DNA of 63,700 bases, filler included, from Trichosphaerium sp. ATCC 40318 (Eukaryota; Protista; Tubulinea), in the NCBI GenBank assembly GCA_038496445.1. It is 3 parts of 3 records of this genome, joined end to end, with 100 filler letters (N's around TTAATTAATTAA, not from the genome) between each part and the next. Parts side by side here need not be neighbours in the genome. Positions count along the whole stretch, not along the records: positions 1 to 24,589 come from JALMLS010000084.1; positions 24,690 to 50,290 come from JALMLS010000610.1; 1 more part is not named here. One strand, given 5' to 3'. Numbering within the stretch: the first letter of the stretch is position 1; every line of letters begins with the position of its first letter. Positions 13,865 to 26,632 of this stretch are shown here, piece after piece. Under the pieces are notes generated by a model. That model worked only from the letters and a program-made list of their open reading frames with translations, made no database searches and was not told the DNA's origin. A program made the translations under genes and the position numbers.

Positions 13865-14976
13865 CTACTGCGACTTCATTGGAATTATGTCCATACACGA
13901 GTTCCTTTTAAAGCTTTAATTCCTTCATCAGTTACTGAAGTACGACTAAGGGTAATAGTATGAACTCCTGTAAGTGCTTTTACATAATAGTATGAGCTCC
14001 AGCAAGTGCTTTAATGCCTTTGTCAGTTTAAGGCCAATAGTATGAACTCCAACAAGTGCTTTTACACCTTCATCTGTTATTGAAGTATAATTAAGGTAAA
14101 TAGTGTGAACTCCAGCAAGTGCTTTAATGCCTTCGTCAGTTACCCAAGTGCTAGTAAGGTAAATAGTATGAACTCCTGCAAGTGCTTTTACGCCTTCATC
14201 TGTTATTGAAGTATGACTAAGAGTAATAAAATGAACACCTGCAAGCGCTTTTACACCTTCATCTGTTACTGAAGTGTTATAAAGGTCAATAGTATGAACT
14301 CCAGCAAGTGCTGTTACACCTTCATCAGTTACTGAAGTATGACTAAGGTCAATAGTATGAACTCCAGCAAGTGCTTTAATGCCTTTATCAGTTACCAAAG
14401 TGCTATTAAGGCCAATAGTATGAACTCCAACCAGTGCTTTTACACCTTCATCTGTTACTGAAGTATAACTGAGGTAAATAGTATGAACTCCAGCAAGTGC
14501 TTTAACGCCTTCATCTGTTACTTTAGTACAATTGAGGTAAATAGTATGAACTCCAGCAAGTGCTTTAACGCCTTCGTCAGTTACTGCAGTATTGGCAAGG
14601 TAAATAGTATGAACTCCAGCAAGTGCTTTAACGCCTTCGTCAGTTACTTTAGTACAATTGAGGTAAATAGTATGAACTCCAGCAAATTGTGTAATGCTGG
14701 TATCGTCAAAACCACGCAAGCTAAGGTCTATGTTGGTATTTTTCAGAATCCCACGATGTTTTACAACTGATCTACTTGGTTTATAGTTTCAACCCTGATA
14801 GCGTGGTATCCAATAATGTCGTGAACGATAGAAGCAAACAAGCGACATGTTTGACAAGCTGCAAATCGTGATGTGGTTGTTTGAACCAAAATATGCGCTA
14901 ATATCTCCGTAGGTAGCCGCAACAAATTATCATGTGCGTTGTTGTTGATTTTAAAACACGTTGAAATAGGAAGCAT
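13865..14976 (-). pseudogene. F-box + LRR gene with frameshifts
   Basis: F-box LLRLPTEILAHIL...ACQTCRLFASIVHDIIGY (14761-14976); frameshift near 14760; about 11 near-perfect 21-aa LRRs; partial-repeat deletions near 14020 and 13985; last repeat ends at TAG 13865. Confidence 0.82.
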
Positions 14977-17269
14977 TGTATATCGTCTTTGTGATGGTAT
15001 TAAGGACGTCTCTAATGGTTAAAATGTACTTTTATACACCAATATCTAGAATGGAGGTGGTATGTGCTGCGAAAGGATCAGTTAGGCTATGGTATTTCGG
15101 TACGAGTACAAGTTAAGTGCAAATACTGGAACGATACCAGTTTCAAGATATCAGTCTAAAACACCTTAAATTAAAAGTTCTACAAAGTGGTTGAAAGCTC
15201 TATCAGCGCTTATTAACAAACTTACGTTAGTGGTAAAACTTGCTCACCCTCGCCTAACTGCTACTTTTTTTGTGTCAAAATGTGCCTGTTGTTATTTGAC
15301 ACTTGGTACGAAATCACGTGATGTTAGATACTTTCAGACACTTTCACCCAAACCTCTTTTTGCCACTTTGCGCGCGTAGAGAAATGTATAAAGTACATTA
15401 CTTACGCGAAATAATAGTTTAAACTATTTTAGGCCTATGAAAAAAAAAGGTGGGCTATTCAAACCTGGCACAAAAGTGTACAGCCGCCTTATGTGCAGTG
15501 ATTAGGTCAATAGATGATGGGGGTTCTGAGATTTTGTGACAGCGGACCGTTTGGACCAACAAAAATCCAAGGGAGTAAGTACCCTTTGAAAAAAGTAATT
15601 TAACAACTTGAAGGAATACAAAGAGTGTAGGACCACTATATACACCTGTACAAACAGTTTATCAAAATGACAAGCCTGTATATCAGTAGCCAAACACTTT
15701 TATTAGCACTTAGTTGAGTTACTGAGTACACTGAAGTTGATTCTTTGAAGAAACATACTCGGTTGTAACATTGTACAAAAAAAATCAAAGTAATGTACTC
15801 TGTTAGCATTCAACGAGTAAAATGATTGTTGCTGTAAATAACGAGCGGTTACGTACAACAAGCAACCGGAAGAGTATGGAACGTACCAATAGTAAGCTTC
15901 TCCAACTGTACAATGACTTGTTCTTGTGCGAACATAAGGTACGGTACAAAGCATTCAACACTATGTGAGTTCAGTACCTCAGTTTACTTGTTAGCTCCAA
16001 TTTTCAATCTGCAAAGAGACAAAGTTTACATCTCGTATGGCCTCAACCTGGTGGTGACAGTAACTCAGTCAAAGTTGAGGAAGGTGTAATTCGAGATAGC
16101 GAAAAACGATAATAATAAAGGTATGTAATCGAGATCAACGTTTCTTTTTATGCAGCTAAGAACTGAGACTAATTTTCTATTGTTTAGGTGTTTATTATGT
16201 CAGCGCTTTTGAACCAAGTTCACTCTTCAAATACTTTACTATATCGGTATGAGAGGCGAATACCTCCAATAGGAACACTTCTTGTATCCATCAAAGGTAA
16301 TCCAAGTTGTATCATGTCAGACCAGCAACACCAAAACAAAAAGTTTCTTCCTCACTATGTCGTTTTATCACATGATACAACACCGATGGGTGTGGTATCA
16401 AGAAGCTGTGTGTATGTAGAAGACCGAAACACCGTTGTCAACCAATCCACACAATTGATAACTTGTGTATTAAAGCATGTGAGAAAAAAGTGCACAAAGC
16501 GTTCTTGATCTCTCAAAGAAACACGTGTACATCAAACCAAAATATGTTGACAATGTACTCATCAAATACTTGGATGGAGCTACAAAGGCCAAAGCTACAT
16601 TCATTCGGATGTCCATTCTGCCTCCCTCCAAACCATTTTATAGCGCCACCTGTAAAACAACAATGCATCTATGAGATTGACTTCACAATGGTTTTCTTAG
16701 CAAGGAAGCTTGCGGATGATATTGCATAAGTATATTTTGTACCGCCAGTCGCATTCAGCAAAAAACAAGTCTTCGTTCAATTGAAAATGTCCCAGTTTTA
16801 ATGAAAACCGACACAGTTACTGTTACTGCCAGGATAGCAATAAAAAACCATAAACAAGTGAGCTAGATTCCATTTCTCAGAGGGTGGCTACAAACATCTA
16901 TTAAAGGATAGCGAAGATAACGTCAAACACAACTACAAAAAGGCAACTGACAACAGTTCTATCATTATGTCTGTACAGCACGGTGTTGATACTATTGTAG
17001 GATCATAATATTAAGGTCACGTGACAAAGATTTTGTAATCGTTGGGAGCAGGCTCTTTGGCTCTTTTGAGGTGATTCTGAGAACTTTAATGAATTTTCAA
17101 ACACGATACTAAGGACGATGACCAAGTCATTAAGGCACCCTTGTTAGCTTAATAAATTACCTTTCTCTGGCAATATACTACTCGTTCGTAATCAATTTAT
17201 CACATTTCTTAGACGTCTAAAACTAACGCTGCCATTGTTAGACGAATTAACTAACACTCTGACCATAAA

Positions 17270-17950
17270 ATGAAAAAGAAAATACAACAACACACAGACC
17301 AAGTATTCGACCTTGTTGGGCTACCAATTGAAATAATAGTCCATATTCTCAAACAAGGGCCACATACACTCCGTGCAGCCCAAACAAGTCATTTATTGCG
17401 GGATATTGTTCACAACCACGTTGGATATGGTCATATCAGAATAAAAAATGTAACAGAGATTCAGATGCTCTCTGGTAGTCCATTACTCCAAAATACAATA
17501 ATCAACGTTCAAGGATCAATACTAACAGATAAAGCAATCAGATTGTTGGCAGGTGTACATACTATCTACATATCTAATTGTAAAACAATAACAGATAATG
17601 GCATCAGGGCATTGGCAGGTGTGCATAAGATTGATATATCTTTTACCAATGTAACAGATGAAGGTTTGAAGGCATTGGCAGGTGTACACTCTATCGACTT
17701 GTATGCTTGTAAATCAATAACAGACAATGGCATTGTGGCGTTGGCAGGTGTACATGAGATTTCTTTGTCATTTACAAGTGTAACAGATGAAGGCATTGTG
17801 GCTTTGGCAGGTGTACATACTATCTCCTTGATGCATTGTAAATCAATAACAGAAGTAGGGTTAAAGGCACTTCTAGGTGTACATACCATCTACATGGAAA
17901 ACGACAGACGATCTGAGTTTGGTGTGCTTGACTTAGGTATAATCTATTAG
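17270..17950 (+). CDS. F-box + LRR protein
   Basis: Intronless 226 aa; LVGLPIEIIVHIL...AAQTSHLLRDIVHNHVGY, then about 6 LRRs (ITDNGIxALAGVHxIxL). Confidence 0.87.
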   Translation: MKKKIQQHTDQVFDLVGLPIEIIVHILKQGPHTLRAAQTSHLLRDIVHNHVGYGHIRIKNVTEIQMLSGSPLLQNTIINVQGSILTDKAIRLLAGVHTIYISNCKTITDNGIRALAGVHKIDISFTNVTDEGLKALAGVHSIDLYACKSITDNGIVALAGVHEISLSFTSVTDEGIVALAGVHTISLMHCKSITEVGLKALLGVHTIYMENDRRSEFGVLDLGIIY

Positions 17951-18281
17951 TAAGCAAAAAACTGTTTTGGCCGTCGTTCAATAAAGTTCCAACAAAAATT
18001 TCTACTTTGCCTTGGAATGGTTCATTACTAACTACAAGATTCTTATCATTAGTTATGTGATAAGTTTCACATGTTAAAGTATGGAGCCAATGAAGATTGT
18101 AAACGTTCAAGAAGGGTACTACAGTTCTATCTCTTCCAACTATATGTTTGCCATCTGAGTCATATTTACTTTGATTTATCACGGGAACCAAGACTTTATC
18201 ATCAAAGTTAGGTATCCTGTTGGTGTCTACACAAAAAAATGTTCCCATTCTGGAAAAGATCAGTATTGATATGTGTGGCAA
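17950..18281 (-). other. Possible exon or remnant of an unknown gene
   Basis: Protein-like open frame (GTFFCVDTNRIPNFDDKVLVPV...); no recognisable motif. Confidence 0.25.
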
Positions 18282-18707
18282 AAAAGTAGTTCGCTCTTCT
18301 CATTGAACGTGTTGTACAACCTCTTACATCCGATATTGGGAAAACGCCGCATCCACACTGTTGCGATTAACAGCTGAGGATAATTGTAGCACTATCGATC
18401 AAATTTCTCAGGACTTGTTAACTTTTTTGAATTGTAATGTGCCATTGTATAGAACTGCTACTAGCCGATGTTGTTTTACAATACTAGTGTACTTAAACAA
18501 CTACCTCTCACTTCAAACGTCACCAAAATACTCATTTATACTGTAATGGTAGTCCTGTTTCAGGCTTGAGCACTGAGTATGGTACAAATCAATGTATTTT
18601 GCTTTTTGTCTTTTTTTGATGTCAGGATTACAATAGGAGGCTACCCTTCCCTTTGTCTCTAAACAGTTTTGTTGTTATTGTCAATACTAAATAGAGGCCT
18701 TATAGCT

Positions 18708-18847
18708 CTGCTTAAGCATAAGGAGTGTCGGCATCAATACTGGGCTCTTCATTTTCATGTGCCATTGCCAATGCTTTCTGCTTAAGCATAAGGAGTGTCG
18801 GCATCAATACTGGGCTCTTCATTTTCATGTGCCATTGCCAATGCTTG
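18708..18847. repeat. Tandem duplication of a 70-bp unit
   Basis: CTGCTTAAGCATAAGGAGTGTCGGC...GCCAATGCTT starts at 18708 and again at 18778. Confidence 0.9.
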
Positions 18848-19745
18848 TTCATTTCCATTCTTCTTAGCAAGTTAGATAGTACAGAAGTAAAACCTTGTAT
18901 ACACACTATCAGCAGTGTGCTATATGTTACTTCCAGCGAACAGTAGAATACTTCTTGAGCATGTTTTGCGTAAGCTCTGTAGGCTTGTTAAGATGAGAAA
19001 TCGGTGGTATAATGTAAATAAAAACTCGAAAACTGCGTGAACTCAGCATGCAAGGATAGTTTATTTAGCCCAAAGACACCTTATTTTTGGGTGTAAAAAA
19101 GGAAACGTTGACAACAGTCACGTGTACACGATAGCGGTCGCAAGGTGTTTATTCGCACCTGTTGGGTAAGCCCCAAGCGAAGTCAGACATTCCTATACAC
19201 CAGGTTCATATGCACGAAAAGCGGAGTAGCAACACAGACAAAGAGAAAAACAAGATGAGGTGTTCATGAGGCTTGATGTGAATAATTACAATAACTGTTC
19301 GTAAAACGAACCTGGTGACTTCGCTTAAACACAGACATCTGGATTATGCCATAGTAGTTGCTTTCGATCTCCTTTCGTGTATAGATGGTCAAAGATATTG
19401 CTCCACAACTCAGTTGTAACGAATGGTATCTATTTCGGTTGTATTGGGCACTTTGCCACTGACATGTACGAATAGTGTTAGCAATACCGCCAGCAAGAAG
19501 TTAATAAATTCAAAGGAAAAGTCTATTTGAAAACTGATAAATCTCAAAGATTTCCAGCTGCCAATAAAGAACTAATAAGCGCACATTGTATAGTATATGT
19601 ATGTTGTTGCAACTGATTTTTAAAAAACCAAATACAACATCCCAACAATATATATAGTCAAAGTAAACACAAGTAATTTGGTTTTTTTGTACTGTAGCGT
19701 TCATTAGCTGACAGTTCCAATATGTTTTACACGAGATCAAAAGTG

Positions 19746-21402
19746 CTAGTATAGTTTTACTGTTACTGAGGCATTGTTGAGTGCAGCTAAACCTTCGTGA
19801 GTCACATTTGCAGAACCTGTAAGATCAATAAAATCAGCAAGTAACTCCTTGATACCCTCATCTGTTACTGATGTATGAGCAAGATTAATCGAATAAACAC
19901 CCTTCAACTCTTTAATACCTTCATCTGTAACTGATGTTCTTTCAAGCTCAATAGTATGAACACCCTTCAACTTCTTGATCCCTTCATCTGTAATATGCTC
20001 ACAATTATTAAGGCTAATTCTGTGAACGCCTACAAGTGATTTGAGCCATTCATCTGTTACTGAAGTGGAATCAAGTGTAATGTCATAAATATCTTTAAGT
20101 GACTTGACGCCTTCATGTGTTACATACTTACAACCGGCAAGATTAATTGTGTGAACACCTTTGAGTGATTTGATAGCTTCATCTGTAACATTAAGAGAGG
20201 CAAGGCCAATTGTGTGTACGCCTACCAAAGCCTTTATGCCTTCATCCGTAACTGATGTTCCTTGAAGGTCAATAGTATGAACGCCCTTCAACTCCTTGAT
20301 GGCTTCATCTGTAACATACACACAATAATGAAGATTAATTGAATGAACACCTTTGAGAGCCTTGACGCCTTCATCTGAAACTTTAGTTTCATCTAGGTTG
20401 ATGGTATGAACGCCTTTCAATGCCTTTATGCCTTCATTTGTAACTTCCGTTCCTTTTAGCTCAATAGTATGAACACCCTTCAACTCCTTAATCCCTTCAT
20501 CTGAAATATACTCACAATCATTAAGGTTAATTCTATGTACACCTACCAATGCCTTTATATCGTCATCTGTAACTTGAGTGTTGGCAAGGTTAATATCATA
20601 TACTCCTTGCAATTCCTTTATACCGTAATAAATATCTGTGTTACTAAGGTTGATTGTATGGACACCTTTCAGTGCCTTCACACCTTCATCTGTTACTGAA
20701 TTACATTCACTAAGATCAATCGTATGAACTCCTCTAAGGTCTTCAAGATCATAATCTGATATACTACTCTGATGTGCAGTAATGTGTTTGCAACCATTTA
20801 GTAATGAATATAAAGTGTTCTTTCCAGCTAGGTACATATAGAAGGAAATTAAAGAGTTGTTCATGATACCCTTGTACTCTCTAATCTTTAAAATATCTGA
20901 GATTGTCGAGAGACACACTTTTCCGTATCCAACAATGTGGTGAATGATATCAGCCATCAAATGACATGATTGGGCGGCAGAATACCTTGCTTTTACTTCT
21001 GTATGATGTAGAATATTCGTGATAACCTCTGGTGGAAAGTCCATTATGCTTAGTTCTATGTTTTTCGATGTCAATTGTGTACTACCGGTTATTGTTAGCC
21101 CAAAATATAGGCACAAAAAATAGAAGTTTAGTCGGGGAAAAAAAAAAAGACACTTACTTTTGTAGCAGCTGTTTTTGATTTTGCAGGTGGCGTTTGTTCG
21201 CTTGTTTTGAAAATGTATGCGTTTGTTTCAACAGGATATCATCTAGTTGTTTTATAATGCTCTTATTTGTCATATTTAGCATTGTTTCAAGTTGTTTTGT
21301 AAATAGTTCGCTTTGCTCCGCCATAACCTGTTTGAATTCTTCCGGATGGTTACTACGGTAATGATTGAATGCTTGATCAATTGAAATACCGGAGAAGTTC
21401 AT
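19746..21402 (-). CDS. Coiled-coil + F-box + LRR protein, 2 exons
   Basis: Exon 1 (21402-21158, MNFSGISIDQA...) splices through a GTAAGT..GCTAAC..TAG intron (21157-21082) in frame to TQLTSKNIELSIMDFPPEVITNIL; about 15 LRRs follow; the N-terminus is homologous to that of 26633. Confidence 0.87.
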
Positions 21403-21559
21403 AATTTGCAAGTTCTGAATGAGATTATGATCGTTAAGTTGTAGCGATTAAGCGAACTCAGAAGTTATGTTAAGTTTTTAGTATTCACGTGCAATACAAG
21501 CACAAACAGTTTAGTCCTGAAGAGTCCACCTTTTTATTATTTTATGCGGTACACATTTT

Positions 21560-24520
21560 GTATTTTTTAGTTGTGGCATGCATTAGGTGCTTGGCTAAAA
21601 GACAGGTTAGTGAATTTGTGACAAAACTATTTTGTATCTGCTTCAAAAACATGTTTGTACCTTCTCTCTGTGAAGCTGTTGTTGAATCATTGCCAATTTG
21701 GTCAGGGAGAGGGCATAATGGGTCAACGTCTTCAGGAATTTTAAATACAATATCTGATCTGTGTAAGACAAGAGCGGTAAGTACAACACGTGTTACTGTT
21801 TACAAAAAAAATCCAACACATAAAAATCTTGGACTTGGCGTTTGTACCTATAATACATGATTGTTGCTTTCAGACTATCTAAGTCATGAGTATCCCACCA
21901 ATAAGGGATAGGTATAATTGTGATACCTGAAGTAGACATTCAGAATAGGGCAAACTAAGGAATGAGGTGTTGCGACAACACAAAACGAGATTTAAGTTTC
22001 TTTGGATTCCTAACATACCATTCTCTTCACAAATACGAGATTTTTCAGTGTCTCTAGCCTCTTGAACATGTGTATATCCAAACGCGGAGACATCATAGAA
22101 ATGGTGTTCGCCCTGATACTCAAAACCCAAGTTCAAATCAGGAACAAAAATATCCAAAGCAATAGATAGATTTCTCTGTAAATCAGGCTTGTACTCTTCA
22201 AAAACAGCCATACCAGGGAATATGGCTCTAATCGACCGAAAAAGTATCCTAGGCATCAAATTAGACAAGTGAAAGATCAAGAAAATAAAGAGAAGAGAAA
22301 TATCGAATGTACCCTTGTTGTGCCTTAATTTCGACTTTTTCGGTGTCTTCTGATTTTCCAAGCTCGGTATAAGCCAAAAATACAGCCTTAGGCCAGTAAA
22401 ATGATAGACCTTTACCACCTACTAATACAAGCTGTTTTACTGATACATTAAGCCAATCCTTGGGTGTCTTTATCAACAGCTTTGGAGCGACACTTTCCAA
22501 AAATTTACGGATATTCTTTGGTTGCTTCCAAAATCTAAGTGGGAGGTTTGCTGTGCAGGTAGGATTAGAGAATTGAATGATTATATTTTTAGTAATATAA
22601 CTACTTACTGAACTTGTGAATATCCCAATCAAACGTTGGATAGACATCATATAAGATTTCTTTCAGAGAAAAATTATAGTAACTAGTTTAGCGATTAATT
22701 TAATCCAACAGTATAGGGCTAAAAATAAATCTGCATTTAAATTGTTTCGTTCTAGTGATTAAAAAATAACTAAGGTATAACCTTACACATTCCAATTATC
22801 GAAATATGTAATGAAAAGGTAAAAAATGACAATATAGGAAAACATTCTTTTTTTTTTTGGAAATAGGTGAAAGGGTTTGTTGTTGGGTTAATCAGTACCT
22901 TAAAATATTTGCACCACCAACACGGATGATGTCATCATTTGTTATCGCATACCAATCCGTTATTTCTTCGATATTAAGCGAGTCTTCAAGCTATATAAAC
23001 GCTAGTTAGTTTTTTAAGAATAAAATGGGAATAACAAAAACTCACGTGTCTAATTAGTCTCCTTACGTTTGATAACTTATTCCAATGTCCTCTAGGAACA
23101 CAATCTAACAAATTTAGGCAATGTAAAAGATAAAAAAACACAACAGCGGGCAGAAACAAAAAATTAAGAAGGTTCTTTGTTTTCATCTTTGACATCAGCT
23201 ACCAGCGACAAATGTCAATGGAGCTCAATATAAAAATACAAAATTACAATTACAGGTGGTTTAAACTGCATTTTAGTACCACCATAGGTTGATGGTAAGA
23301 TGTCAACAACAGAAAACTTGCGACAATTAGTACAAGTATTCTACGTACGAAATTTCCAAGGAACCCAGTTGTGCATTGGAAACTGGAACGACACAAAGTT
23401 GTACACTGAGTTATCGTAATGATGAATAAACCCACTACCACCTTGCTCGATTATCATGTTTGCAGTGACACGATACCAATCGTCCATGTCTACTATGTCT
23501 AATTTTTTTTCCAAAAACGAAACAAACTCGTCTCTGTTTTGTTTATCTTTCCAATGCTTTTGAGGTGTATGGTCTATACACAAGGTTGATATAAATGGTT
23601 CTATAGGCTATTATAAAATCGTACTGAAACGCCAAGGGAACCATTTCGTATCTGGGTACACGTATTGCACCATTTTATAAACAGAACCACAATATCTACA
23701 AACAACGTTTAGAAAAAACAAAAAATGTTGTAGTGCTCGTTTAAAATATCACGTGACAATTCACAAATAGATCAAATATACAAAAAATAAAGTATCAAAG
23801 CTAGGTGAGGGTTTAGACATACGCAGTTGCAAAGAATTGGCCTGCAAAATCGTCACAATTTGAGATATCTTTAAGGTGAACAGAGTACCAATCTTCTAAC
23901 TTTTTGATACCTAGTTTTTCCTCAACCTGTACATGGTCAGACTATGTCAATCATGCATTTATATATATTCCCAATTACTCACTGACTTAATCCATGTTTT
24001 CTGCTTAGAAACTGATGCCCAGAAGTTTCGTGGAACACGTCCTTTATGAATAGTAAAAAAAGTTGAAAAAAAAAATGGATTGGTAAAAAAGGCTCACCCA
24101 TTCTCCATGGCTGCCATGAGTGTTTCGGAAATTGATCACGAAGCATATTATACATTGTAAAATTATAGTTTCTAGAACCAACATTAAAGAATTTGCGTGT
24201 AGCAAGCAAAAAACAAAGGTAAGTACTGCATAAACGAATATCCACCATGATTTACAATATCTTCATTTGTTACGTTATGCCAATCATCTAGCTTCTCAAT
24301 ATCAAGTTCTTTGGTTATCTAAGCATGTTAGTCATCGATTTAGAAAATCAGAGCAGAGTATGGGTGACAGTACATCAGGGAATACTATTGAACGACTTGT
24401 TGATGCAACACTTTTTTTTTGCACGTGTTTGTCACCGAATTACTTCGTTTTCATGCAAACGTACATAGGATATAACATCTTATGATTCTCTTTAGAATCC
24501 ACAGTATCCAGGCTCAGCAT
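21560..24520 (-). CDS. Trp-rich ~70-aa helical-repeat protein with C-terminal PD-(D/E)xK/Vsr-like nuclease-fold domain, multi-exon, probably 5'-partial
   Basis: About 5 repeats PxxxWxxxxNxR...LxIxxxxDWYxV...GG...FP...WxPWxF, then ALDIFVPDLNLGFEYQGEHHFYD...RDTEKSRICEENG-ITIIPIPYWW; ends are approximate. Confidence 0.7.
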
Positions 24521-24589
24521 GTTCTATAATAAAATTAGACTGAGAGCGATTTCGTTGACATTCAAACAAAAACTTCAAAAGAGGTTAAA

Positions 24590-24689
24590 NNNNNNNNNNN
24601 NNNNNNNNNNNNNNNNNNNNNNNNNNNNNNNNNTTAATTAATTAANNNNNNNNNNNNNNNNNNNNNNNNNNNNNNNNNNNNNNNNNNNN
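24590..24689. other. Artificial contig spacer
   Basis: 44 N + TTAATTAATTAA (stops in all six frames) + 44 N. Confidence 0.97.
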
Positions 24690-24743
24690 TTTGCTAATAC
24701 TGTTTCCGTTTTTTCTTAGTTTCTTCTAACAGTTTTAAACTAG

Positions 24744-26245
24744 AGGGTGGGTTTTTTAGCGCTGAAGATGCTGATTCTCTTTGTGAGAAGTCTGAAAAAA
24801 AAAGAAGGTGTCTTCTACGTTTGGTCTCTTGAGGAGTTAAAGGTATTTTTCCCATCAATTGGAAGAGTCTTATTGTTGTTGTAGGACCTTCTCTCGGAGG
24901 AAGAACTTAGTGTTATCTGTAACGTATATAATGTCAATAAAGAAGGTAACGTTAGGATGGTGAGTGATCCTCATCGAGAGTTTGTTGGATTGAATGTGTT
25001 GACGATATCAGAAACGTAATTCACTACCACTTAGTTTCTTTTTACTTATCTTACTAGTGATGCACATGAGTCTCTGACCTCCGATCAGCAATCTCTATTA
25101 TCTTCTGCCAAAAAAACACTTCTAAACGCCAGAGAGAAACGTCCAAGACCTCATCTCGATGACAAGATTATCACATCTTGGAATGGCATGATGATAAGCG
25201 CTTTCGCTCGTGCAGGTACTTTTCTTTTCGCTTTTGTGAAAACAATCGCAGATTTTCTTTTGTTGTTACTGATTCTTTATTTTAAATAGGAGCTGCTATG
25301 AATAATGAAAAGTATATAACCATTGCCAAGAAAGCTGCTGAGTTTATCCATTCTTCGCTTATGGTTGATGGAGTATTGCATAGATCTTACAGAGAAGGTG
25401 TTTCTGTTGTTAAAGGGTTTGCTGATGATCACGCATTTTTGATACAAGGATATCTAGATCTTTATAATACAACACAATGTGTTGATTATCTATCACGTGC
25501 TATATTACTTCAAAAATCCTTGGATGATCTTTTCTGATAAAAAAAATGGAGGATACTTTTTAACAGATGGTAAAGATCCTTCTGTTTTTATTCGTACGAA
25601 GGAAGAATATGGTACGTAATACAAATGCCTTACTGTTCACTAACATATTGTTTTTAAGATGGTGCAGAACCTTCTCCAAACAGCGTTGCTGGTCACAATC
25701 TCATACGTAAACTTACGAGTTTTTTTGTTTTTGGTCCAATTGCTTATTACTTTTTGAAGGTCTTTATGGTATTACTGGAAAGAAGCATTATAATGATCGT
25801 GCAGGAGAGTTGTTGAGGTCTTATAGGTACCATCTTATTTGCAGTTCTTATTGTGCACTAACAAGTAACTCAAAGTGTGATGCTTGAAAAAGCGCCAATG
25901 GCGGTACCACTACTGGCAGGCGCATTAGGTAATATCCTTTCTTTTTTTGTTGCTTTCCTCTAGTTAATTGTTTTTGTAGACTCGTATATGCATCCTCCTT
26001 TACAAGTTTTGATTGTAGGGAAACGTTCAGATAAGCGTACTAATGATTTATTATCTAAAATACATTCAACGTACTTACCTGATACATCAATTCTGTTCAA
26101 GGATGTCGATGGTAGTCAAGAAGATTTAGATGTTCTTGCAGATTATGTAAAGAGTGCTACAATGAAAGATGATGAACCTACAGCATATGTATGTAAAGAC
26201 TTCTCGTGTATTCGAGCAAACAGTATTGAAGAGTTGCTGTCATGA
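24744..26245 (+). CDS. SPATA20: Thioredoxin-domain/six-hairpin glycosidase-like protein (SPATA20/SSP411/YyaL family), 5'-truncated
   Basis: GGFFSAEDADS, EGVFYVWS, RPRPHLDDKIITSWNGMMISAFARA, GFADDHAFLIQG, DGAEPSPNS and PTAYVCKDFSC; apparent 1-nt frameshifts near 24800 and 25535. Confidence 0.88.
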
Positions 26246-26632
26246 TTTTTCTTTGTGTTCATTCCAAAAGAAAAAAGAATAAACGTTTATTAATAAACTC
26301 TCAACACTCATGTTAAATGTACGTTAATGCCACAACTACTGCATATGCAAAACATATCAAAAGATTCAAACTAACTCTAAAGAACGTTGACAACAACCCA
26401 CATGTGCATTTTTGCACTATTCTAACATTCCAAATCTAGAAGTGGAGTTCTGAGATACAAAACTATGAAGTTGTCAAGCGTTTACATTTTGGCATATTAT
26501 TAGACAGCGTAGGGGTATTGAATTACAGAGTAAATAAAATGGGATTTTTTCAGGCAAAAAAAGTTGAAAGTCACTTGTTTTCTCCGTGCAGTCTCAAAAC
26601 GTCATCTAATCATCCCAAACACGCAACAAATC

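Noticed and set aside
13946-14719. Diversity-generating retroelement: the variable codons look like NNC/NNT derivatives of AAY, and RT genes are nearby
   Set aside because: Scaffold adenines, including silent third positions (GCA, AAA), are hardly randomised, no template repeat is visible, and the RTs are ordinary Gypsy enzymes on other contigs. Selection explains the pattern more simply.
24634-24645. TTAATTAATTAA as a biological motif or piggyBac target (also 50335-50346)
   Set aside because: It is centred in symmetric N runs at both gaps, so it is a concatenation linker.
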